Origin: Cladosporium halotolerans
Lineage: Eukaryota
DNA length: 40,768 nucleotides
NCBI RefSeq assembly: GCF_011745625.1
Contig: NW_027191520.1
Span: 1-40,768 of the forward strand
Direction of reading: 5' to 3'
Shown: positions 12,946 through 21,971 of the stretch, in pieces
Position numbering within the stretch: position 1 is the stretch's first letter
How the letters are laid out: every line of letters starts with the position of its first letter
The notes under the pieces: model-generated
Databases searched by the model: none
Seen by the model: only the letters and a program-made list of their open reading frames with translations
What the model was told of the DNA's origin: nothing
Program-made: the position numbers and the translations under genes

Positions 12946-14160
12946 ATTCGTTAAACGCGAAATGAGAGGCTTCTTTTGAGGGTGGTGTGGTCTAGATGGA
13001 ATAAACGAGGAGGGGAAAGGAGATGTGCGATGCAGGGCCCGCCTCGCTTCGGCTCTTACCCGGTCAGGCGCGCGGATTTCTAAAGTCGATGTTTTTCCAC
13101 TGTACAAAAAGCGCGCTTGTTGTACTGAAGCCGGGAGCTGGGGAGAGCTTATCTAGTGAAGCGAGGGTTCTTTCGAAGGGGTCCCTGCTATCCGTGTGTA
13201 GATTATTGCGAAAGCGAATTTCTCTTTTGTTCCATTTATCATGTCCGATTTGCATCGTGTCTCTGCCTCTCTGGTCTGTGTGACGTCGATGGTTTGAATG
13301 TCATCATGTGCTTATGCATGCGAGCTAGTTTTCGACTTTGCTTGTGGTCATTGAATTGGTAAGGCGTACGAAAGGCTTGTGTCAAGTCAAAGCGATCATA
13401 TCTCATTATTCTCCAGCTCCTTGAGTGAATCAGATGAGCTTTTTCTGACTAAGGGGGCTAGGCCGATGTCAAAAGCAGGTGGTTGTTAATGAACACCAGA
13501 ACGAGTTGCAGATTAAGGGCATCGAAACGCCTCAGCGATGCAATTATAGAGAAGTGGCTTTCGCGAATCCGCCAGGCTTGGATGTTCATTGTCACGACGG
13601 CACTTGCATTGAGCAAGACTATCACTCTAATGCTATGCTTGGTTGTTCGTGTTTGAGGGGGAAAACTGGGACGATGAATTCGGTGTCACACGAGACTTGC
13701 GGAAGCGGACAGTGAAGTTGGCGTTGGCATTGGTTTAGGTCTCTGTTCTGACATGGCTGTTCTGTCATCAGAGGTGATGCTGGACTGACTTTAGGCCTCC
13801 GTCTTCAGGGATTCGATGAACTTCTCTGGTGGTGAGAACAGTCAGGGTACTCGCTTCATACGTACAAGACGTGGGATCGCAGATCGCTTTGATTGACACT
13901 ACGTGTATCTAAAGCGAGCTTTTGCTCTGGCGCTGTTCATGTGGACTGCTTCGTCGTCTTCAGCCCATCAAGGTCATATTTAGTGTCAACGGCCGGAGAA
14001 CCTTGGAAATGCCCTTCGCGGTGATTGCTTCTTGCTAAGCTGCGCTTTAGAATAGCCAGTATCATACGCGAAAATTTATTCGGATGGACATACATGGCAT
14101 TTGTGATCGACGATGCATTAAGCACCATTCATGATACCTCTATGAAGCTGGACTTCTGAG

Positions 14161-14180
14161 CCAACCCCAACCCTAACCCT
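14161..14180. repeat. Interstitial telomere-like repeat CCAACCCCAACCCTAACCCT
   Basis: About three degenerate (CCCTAA) units read directly from the sequence. Confidence 0.7.
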
Positions 14181-14675
14181 TCTTACACTTCCATGGCGTC
14201 TTCCAGCAAGCATCCTCTCATGACTTCTCAAGAGGGTATGAGAAAATGCTACCGCGGATCGGTATATTGTGCATTTGAATGTCTGCCATCGTCACGGAAC
14301 CCGGTGCCCGCGGACGACTCCAGCAATCCCTAACAGATCACGGCTTGCGGGCAGCCATGCTCTAACGCGTCTCTAGCTTGCATCATCTCCCTTCATTTTG
14401 TGTACGTCCTGGACGCCAGTTTGTCGATAGCATTCCTCAGGAGGATAGCTGTACTTCGTTCATCAGTGCAGCAATGTCAATGCTAATGCCAATATCCTAC
14501 ATCGTCAGTCGTCCCGAAGCTGTCTATTAGCCTATGCATTGAGAACGTTCGCAAGCCAGACCAGACTGGCCAAAAACTCTCAGTCTGCCCCTAGTAGCTC
14601 GCCGGACCCTTTGAGAAAGGTCTCAGACCAAAAAGCAAAAAGATCAGTTGCCCTAGTGGGCTGATAGATAGGAAT

Positions 14676-14793
14676 AGCCGAAGGTGGGGCTCGAACCCAC
14701 GACCTTGAGGTTGATCTCTTGAATTCACCAAGTACGTAATGGTAGAATGGTGGTCCTAAGAGCCACACGCTCTACCGATTGAGCTACCCCGGC
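14676..14793 (-). tRNA. tRNA-Lys(CTT) with a 45-nt intron (14712-14756)
   Basis: Reverse strand reads GCCGGGGTAGCTCAATCGGTAGAGCGTGTGGCT-CTT-A[intron]ACCTCAAGGTCGTGGGTTCGAGCCCCACCTTCGGCT. A and B boxes are present, the intron sits at canonical 37/38 and contains AAGAG complementary to the anticodon loop, and T-tracts follow (~14630-14641). Confidence 0.95.
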
Positions 14794-16165
14794 AAGGTCT
14801 TTGATTGATGAGGAGGAAAGGGCAGCAACGTGTCAAGACAACCGTTCCAAAACTACCTGATTTTTCTCGATTTTTTCCGATCAGAATTGGCGGAGAAATC
14901 ATTTTTCAAAATTTCCATTCACTTACACTGGCGTGCCTTCCGTTTGCGACCAACTTTGCGAATTTCGTCGTGAGGAAGCCGCGAGGCAGAGGTTCCATGC
15001 AGAGCGCTTGCCAGAACACTTTGGCAGGTGCAACTTGTTCACAAGTCGCCACCCGTGCTTGGGGGCTCTCCGCGGAAGATGTTAGGGTAGATGCAGTAGC
15101 GCGGGAGTGAGATGTTCTAGCGCATGCTTATTCGCTGGGGACGAGCATGCTTCTACATTCATGCAGGGAGAATTGCTGTAGCGACCGGCGCATCAATGGG
15201 TTCAATGTTCATCGCATGCGAATGATCGATGCTTTAGGCTTGTTCTAGGCGAAGTAGCCGTATTCCACCCACAGGAGCGTAGCTCTGGCGGCCAACCTCC
15301 AAGAGCTCGTGGGCAAGATGGCAGCTTTGTTTGCAGTAGTTGACCCGTCGATCAGTCATATCATTGCAAAGGACCAAGCGGATCCTCATGCCATAGGGTG
15401 CATTGCTGCCAAAGCATGGAAAAGCTCGAACTACCATCAGGCGCAAACAATATGGTGGGTGTGAACGCTATCCGCCGGCCTAGAGTGCTCTCAAGGATGT
15501 CATGAAGCGGCCTCCTTGGCGAGTATTTGCACAAGTGTAGGAGCTTAGCTTCACCACAGCAGTCATATCAATCACAACCATAGACTTCCGATGGCAGGCC
15601 TCAAACAGTGCCAACAGAATGGGTGATAGGCTTACAGGCTATGGGAACGGATGCACTTTTGCAAGGATTCCAAGCCTTTAGTGACGAGGGTATGGTGTCC
15701 CTCGGGTCTTTTTGCTGAACCATTGCCCCCCGGTGTGTGAAACTTTGTTGCGCCTGATGCTCACATGCAACCCGAAGAGTGATGGACAATGAATGAATGA
15801 AACCGTTCAACCTTGGTGTTTCCCACATGGCTACCTTTACATCAAAGCGTTCTTGCATCGCCAAAAGGCTGGTTTCGCGGCTCACCGAGTGAGCCAAACG
15901 TCAGTCGCGCATTGAAGAAAAGTCAGTAGCAAGACCTCAGCGGGACGTCACGTGCACACGACCTTTCACATCACTGCAGTGAGCAGCGCAGCTGATGCTG
16001 GCACATGTCAAAGCAGGGGCTGTTGAATCACGTGCGGTTGGCGCTCTTGACAGTAGTCCACTCGTACTCACCCAGCCTCCGTCTCCTTTTTTCACAACAG
16101 CCTCACGCACCGCTTCTACGTCTCTTACACCACCCAACCAATCCACAATACAATATCACGAGACC

Positions 16166-17149
16166 ATGGTGACCTCCAAGGGTGTCAAGGTCTATCTCGT
16201 TCGCTACGAGGACCACGAGCCGTATGCAGAGTACTTGCTTCCTCGTGGTGCCCTCAAACACTCGGACAAAGAAGAGGTAGTTTTTGTCGAGGCAGTTACC
16301 GGAGAGCGATTCGGAATCATCGTGGAGCTGCTGCCGGGATTTGATTTCAAATCAAAGCCCGCCGTGGAGGTCGCGTACAGCATCGACGGCAGTGATGGGT
16401 TCACCGACCATTTGTCCGCCGAAGACGCCAAGAGGCCTACGGCTGTGATTGGAGACCGTCGCTGTGAGGCATGGACTACGGGACGTTTGATTCATGGAAA
16501 ATGGTGGAACTGCAGCTTCTTCTTCGCTGAGCTGCGTGTTGGTACGTTGACCTTCGCGACAACGTGCGTTGGCCGGGACTGACAACCTGTTAGACAAGGA
16601 AAGCCGGATGTGCTCTGAAGACGCCTTACGTCAGGTCAAAAAGATCAACCAAATCACCGTCGAGTTGAGACGTGGCCAAGTCGGCGAGACTGTACCTGCT
16701 GGCAACCCGCGTTCCTGGGAAAAATACGCGCATGACAAGACAATCGAAGACTCGTGCGCAGAAGTGGTAGAGATGTACAGCAGAGATCAGATTGTCAAGT
16801 CCGTTATTATTTGTGGCTCATATCGTTTTCACTACTAATCTCCAGTCTAGATACTCCCGACTCGAAGAGCTCGAGTCCCCACAATACGCAAATGAATTTA
16901 TCGAAGAAGAGGACGGAAACAGAGGCGGAGATACCATCCGCTTTGTCTTCCATTATCGCTCACGAAGTATTCGCCTCTATATCATCTCCACAGCTCAAGT
17001 CACTGACAGTGAAATCAGGCCACCTCGAGGAGCTCGGATACCCCTTCATCAAATTTGCCGTTGATGCCTTCAAGCACGCGCTCTTCGAACCCGGCCGAGC
17101 CAGAGCCGATGAACACCCTAATGCAGGCTCATTCCCCCGAGTCGAGTAG
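16166..17149 (+). CDS. Hypothetical fungal protein (DUF7918-like), ~275 aa; exons 16166-16541, 16594-16798, 16851-16966, 17019-17149; possibly frameshifted with an intended end at 17252
   Basis: Three introns with branch sites (CTGAC, CTAAT, CTGAC) preserve the frame. Motifs EY...FVEAVTGERF.I, SIDG, FFFAEL, ITVELRRG and FVFHYRSRSHLEELG match a recurrent fungal hypothetical family; family name recalled from memory. Confidence 0.7.
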
Positions 17150-17541
17150 CAAGAGATCGGCCGCCCTCCTGCGCATAGAGGAGGAGGAAGTGAGCCTGCG
17201 CCAGCAAGAACTCAGGATCAAACGCAGAAAGCTCGAGATGGGGTTGGATTGAGAGACAGCTTTTGGAAAATTGGTTGCGCCTGAGTGCGGCGCCCACCCA
17301 CACCAACAAATGTCTTTGAGAGAGACATCTTCTCGGGCTTCTTCAAATGTGCTACGGACGACAGCGCAAGGACGACCGGAGACTGAATGCCAACAGCATG
17401 TTTACATAACGGGTGCATGTGTCGGCTCATCCAACGAGCCGTTCTAGCTGCCAGAACGCAAACATGAAGCGACATCAATCAAGACCCAGATAGCATGACA
17501 AATAGCAGGGTATCATTATAACTACACACTCACTGCACCCA

Positions 17542-20500
17542 TTACGCAACTGCGACAACCAGCCGCCTACTCTCCCCAAGCACCTCCCCTTCCTCCCCCT
17601 CGCACAAGCTCAGCGCTTCGCGCGCCGTAGCAGTAAGCACCAACCTCCCCACGAGAAGCGGACAAAACGCAAAATCCACTACCTTGCTCTCACCCGCTTC
17701 CAGCGCAGCTACGAAGCGCGAAAGCGAGCCCGCGACAGCCCTGCGGCGGTCTTCGGGCGCAGCGCCGCCGAGCCGGGGCAACAGCTCGACGAGGAGAGGC
17801 GCAGAGCGAGTCGATCTGTTGCGGATGGTGGCGCGGAGGGTGAGGAAGGAGCCGATGGATGCTGGTTGTTTGTCCTGCAGGGAGAGCTGGACGGCGATGG
17901 AAGGGCCGCGGAGTGTGTCAATGGCTTCGGCAGGGAGCGCGAGGTTGTGCAGGGGCACATGGCCGTTGCGGGCGTCGACGGACCAGGTGATGCGGAAGCG
18001 GTCGAGGAGCACTTTGCGGAGCTCGTCAGGGCTTGGCTGGTCGGGTTTGGTCTCGTGAACCCAGCGGCGCAGTTTAAGGTAGATTCGTTGTACTTCGCCG
18101 GGGGCCATAGAGCTCTCGTACTGAGTGTCCCAGGAGTCTGAGTTGAAGGTGCTGCATGAGAAAGAGACTGATTTGGGCCAGGCATTGCCGAGGTCGAAAG
18201 ACACGCATATGAGGTCATCCGCATCTGATTCCGAGACGTCGAGGTGGTGAGCTTGCAAGGCCGCATTGACGGTGACGGTAATTGGGACAGAAAGCATGCG
18301 AGCAAACTCAACATTCTTGCCTGGACCTGCGTAGAAGACATCCGCGCGGAGGTGCGACATCCCTGCTCTGCCAACCACCTCCAGAGTGATCATAGCAGAC
18401 TCTTTCGGGTTGATGACTGCAACCGACTCTTTAGCCACGTACAGACCCGCCGCGCTACCGACGACATCCAGGATCGATGCGTTTTGGTCCGTTGTGTTCT
18501 CTACAATTGCTTCGAAGGTGTGCTTCTCGCCCTCGAGCAGCATCAAGCTTGACTCCACTAAAGAAGTCCCCCTCAGAGCCAGAGTCGGTAAATTCGATAT
18601 CACTTCCACAGTCACGGTGGCTGTCTCAGCCTCTGTGAGCTTTTGCTTCGGATCGTGGTCCCCAGACCTTGCATCTTGACCGAGATGTTTCACCACCAGC
18701 GACCGCTGCTCGGACCAAGGTTTGCGGATGATAGGGAAGTACTGCTCTCGGAAACTGGTCATCTTCACTCTGCAGCCCTTGATTTGCGCCTTGCCTGTGG
18801 TCGAAGGCGTGACCGAGATAGAAATTTGCTGAAGCTTGGCAGGTGCGATGTGTATGGTTCCATGTGCTGCCTTCATTTCCGCGCCCTCAGTGACGAGCTG
18901 GATCGACTCAATGTCAAGTCCAACCTCGTACGGGTTTTGCAGCGTTAGAAGGCAGTCGATGGGCTCGCCTTGCACCAAGACTGCACTCTGCTCCGCGGTC
19001 GCCTGACGTCTTGCGTTCGGGTCGTAAAGCAGTGGATTCCCTGGGTTCAAGTCCGAAGTGGACGGCCTCGCGCCTTTCAATTTGGCCCAGTCGATGAGCT
19101 CGACGGCCGTTTGTCGTGGTGAAAAGGTGATTCCCCGAAGTAGATATGGGTCCCAGTACTCTGCCTGAGTACCTTTCAAGCCAAGCTGCTTCGACACGCC
19201 AATTGTCCTACTAATAGTTGAAGCCAGGTGTGCTTGTTCGTCCTGCGCGATAGAAACTCCACCGTCTTCGGCTCCGTTATCGACAGCACCGCGCGGTCCA
19301 GCAGAGGCGAAAAAGGAGGCGATGAGACGGAGGATACCGTAAGGATCTGGCGAAGCCTCGCACAAAGCCAACAAGTCTCTCAAAGTACCGAACTTCATCC
19401 CCTCGCCGCCAAAAGCTCTGGCGCGCGTGTTCTGAAGATGTTGGTCGGAATCTTTATCGTTGGGATCCGCACTGCCTCCTATCAGATGCACGCCATAAAT
19501 GTTGGCAACGTCGGCTATCATGTTGAGCAACCCGCCGCTCTCTTTTATGGAAGCAGTCAGCGATTCCGCTCCATGCTCAGCCGAAAGGCTTGCCGCAGGG
19601 TGAATCCCCATCTCTGCAGCACCTAGTTTTCGTGCTTGATTGAGAGCAGCAGTCAATCTGACGACAAGCTCCTTGATTGTCATGGCTTTCTTGCGATCCA
19701 TGCGCAATATAGAATATACTGACGCTACACCGCCCAGGATTGTCAGATGGTCCTGTACTGCTATCGAGTCGTCGTTGGTGGGCATTCCAGTGACGAGAAC
19801 CTCTGCGATGGCACTTCCTGCGAGAAGTCGAGAGCTCTGATTTGTTGAAGTCTTAAGGGCGACACCGGGTGATGTCGCGGAGAGGGGTCGATCAGAGGCT
19901 TCGGCTGATACAATTTGCTCGAGAGCACTCTTATTGAGCGTGCCCGAATTATTGTGCAGCATTGCAAGCAATTTAGACAGCCGTACTGTCGCCTCGCAAA
20001 CGATGAGAGAAGGTAGCTCCAATGGACCTTCATTCGACCGGTAAAGGATTACGATCTGCCGGACCAGATCTGGTAGCAATCCTGACAGACGGCGTAGAGT
20101 AGCTTCCCTGGTAGTCGCAGATTCACCGGGATTGTCGGCAGAAAAGCGTTGCGCCGTCTGCTTTGAGAGAGATTTCTCAACGACTTGTTGACACAAGGTA
20201 GGGACCTGAAAGTCGATCTCCGCCCACGCTTGCAGCAGCTGACACACCACGATATTCTCAAGACCTTTGGCACACCAAAGGTGATCTTGGAGTATCCTTG
20301 CTTGCCCGGTATGTTCAGTCAACAATTGCAGCGCCTCCATCCACATGCCCGCCATCATATACAGCGAGCCGACAACGATGTTGACGCGAGCTTTTCCTCG
20401 CTTCTTCGTTTTCTCCGCCGATGTATTTGTCCCAAAGCCTTGGAGGGCAACCCGGTCTTGACTAGACGCTCTTGCATTGTGTCCCCGATTGCTGTCAGAC

Positions 20501-21297
20501 CGCGCGAGTACACCGGCGGCGGTATTGGGACTTGGATTCTGATCGATCGAATTGGACGGTGATGTCAAGCTGCGCGAAGGAGGCCTTGAAGGGCCGTCTT
20601 CTCCAGGCGGTGGACTACTGACGTCTCTGGGGGTGCCATATCCGGAACCAGAGGCGGACTTGCTGTCTGCGTCTCGCATCCAGGAGACACGCTGGAGAGA
20701 GCGAGCCGTCTGGCCAGGCGTGGGTATACTAGGCGAAGCTTGCATGGCCTGTACGTATGTGGATAGTTCGCGCAGGAAGCGAATTGCCAGGCCGTGCATT
20801 GCATTTGTGAGAGACGGATGGCCACTTTGGAGAGCTTGTTCAACCAATGCTGCACTATCCGATTTCCCAAAGCCCTTGTCCTCTCCTTCTTGCAGCACAA
20901 GCAGATGCCTATGCACTACACGTGGATGTCTCTCCCGCAGAAAGTCGGTGGCAGCCTTGAGCTCCTTTCGCGCTTCTTCCTCATCCTCTCCCAGTCCTCT
21001 CACGACACCAACCACAAGCAGTGGCTCCCTGAAGATATCATATGGGCTAAGATTCAGGACAGCCTCGCTGACACTGCTTGTGGTATAGTTGAGCAGCAAG
21101 CAGCCTCGCTCGAACTTTCGAGGGGAGAGCAAGAAGTTGGAGTCCCCAACATGATCCTTCAGATCCTGGTACTGGATTATTGCAGCCTCATCCTGCAGTC
21201 TTCGCACGAAGCGTAGGAAGGTGTCGCGCTCAATGCGCCCTACTGGCAGCACGAGCACTCGAACGTGCGCCGCTGCTACTGGAGAGAAACGGTCCAT
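17542..21297 (-). CDS. TRS120: TRAPP II complex subunit Trs120/TRAPPC9, ~1251 aa, intronless
   Basis: MDRFSPVAAAHVRVLVLPVGRI, LSPYDIFREPLLVVGV, KKRGKARVNIVVGSLYMMAG, RKLGAAEMGIHPAA, AEYWDPYLLRG, LTLQNPYEV. Confidence 0.93.
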   Translation of the reverse strand: MDRFSPVAAAHVRVLVLPVGRIERDTFLRFVRRLQDEAAIIQYQDLKDHVGDSNFLLSPRKFERGCLLLNYTTSSVSEAVLNLSPYDIFREPLLVVGVVRGLGEDEEEARKELKAATDFLRERHPRVVHRHLLVLQEGEDKGFGKSDSAALVEQALQSGHPSLTNAMHGLAIRFLRELSTYVQAMQASPSIPTPGQTARSLQRVSWMRDADSKSASGSGYGTPRDVSSPPPGEDGPSRPPSRSLTSPSNSIDQNPSPNTAAGVLARSDSNRGHNARASSQDRVALQGFGTNTSAEKTKKRGKARVNIVVGSLYMMAGMWMEALQLLTEHTGQARILQDHLWCAKGLENIVVCQLLQAWAEIDFQVPTLCQQVVEKSLSKQTAQRFSADNPGESATTREATLRRLSGLLPDLVRQIVILYRSNEGPLELPSLIVCEATVRLSKLLAMLHNNSGTLNKSALEQIVSAEASDRPLSATSPGVALKTSTNQSSRLLAGSAIAEVLVTGMPTNDDSIAVQDHLTILGGVASVYSILRMDRKKAMTIKELVVRLTAALNQARKLGAAEMGIHPAASLSAEHGAESLTASIKESGGLLNMIADVANIYGVHLIGGSADPNDKDSDQHLQNTRARAFGGEGMKFGTLRDLLALCEASPDPYGILRLIASFFASAGPRGAVDNGAEDGGVSIAQDEQAHLASTISRTIGVSKQLGLKGTQAEYWDPYLLRGITFSPRQTAVELIDWAKLKGARPSTSDLNPGNPLLYDPNARRQATAEQSAVLVQGEPIDCLLTLQNPYEVGLDIESIQLVTEGAEMKAAHGTIHIAPAKLQQISISVTPSTTGKAQIKGCRVKMTSFREQYFPIIRKPWSEQRSLVVKHLGQDARSGDHDPKQKLTEAETATVTVEVISNLPTLALRGTSLVESSLMLLEGEKHTFEAIVENTTDQNASILDVVGSAAGLYVAKESVAVINPKESAMITLEVVGRAGMSHLRADVFYAGPGKNVEFARMLSVPITVTVNAALQAHHLDVSESDADDLICVSFDLGNAWPKSVSFSCSTFNSDSWDTQYESSMAPGEVQRIYLKLRRWVHETKPDQPSPDELRKVLLDRFRITWSVDARNGHVPLHNLALPAEAIDTLRGPSIAVQLSLQDKQPASIGSFLTLRATIRNRSTRSAPLLVELLPRLGGAAPEDRRRAVAGSLSRFVAALEAGESKVVDFAFCPLLVGRLVLTATAREALSLCEGEEGEVLGESRRLVVAVA

Positions 21298-21971
21298 TGG
21301 CACGGATACAGCGCTGCATCATGGCATTGTTCTCGTGGAGGTCGTTAGGCGTCCATAGCGATAGTGACGGTCGTGGGATGATCGTGTATGTCGAGGTGCG
21401 TCGCTATGCGGCAACAACAAAGATAATAGGGGACCAGTCCCACGTCTCAAGCAGCAATGACAGCACGCCCACACGCGAGCTCCATAGCGCAATCCGACTG
21501 CCGACGTCTACTGACGAGAGGGGCAAGTGCAGGCGGGACGCGGTGCGAGCCGAACACGTCACCGGGACGGCGCGGCGGGGCAGCCGCGGAAGCGCATCCC
21601 GCCCGCCGCCCGCCGCTGCCGTGGGCTGGCAGTTCTGGCCCTGCCTCGTTGCGCTTTTCCTCGCTTCACGGCGACACCTGACCCGCACGCCATCCTTCAC
21701 GCGCCTGCAAACCGCGATCATGGCGTCTTAAGCGACGGCAGCCCTTTTCGCACGGCGCACTCGATGGAGAAACTGCACCCTTACCCGGCGACTTGTCACT
21801 GGACGCCGCGATGAGAGCGCCTACACCAGACTCCGCTTTCTTCACAACGCCACGCCTCGTCTGAGCAAAGGCCCTGGATGATCGTCGCTCGCGTCCGAAC
21901 GGCTATGAAATTGACCCTGCACCGCTGTCTGGTCGACCTCTACCGACCTTCTTGATTTGTCTTCCTGCTAT

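Noticed and set aside
12950..14150. Short ORFs in the intergenic region after ATP2 (also 14800-15990 and 25600-26100)
   Set aside because: No domain similarity, codon bias or transposon hallmarks visible.
14161..14180. Telomere-like boxes as a telomerase RNA template
   Set aside because: Two equivalent copies occur in the window, I could not identify a pseudoknot or CR4/5-like element, and little space is available before the tRNA or neighbouring gene. A covariance-model search would be needed to exclude it fully.
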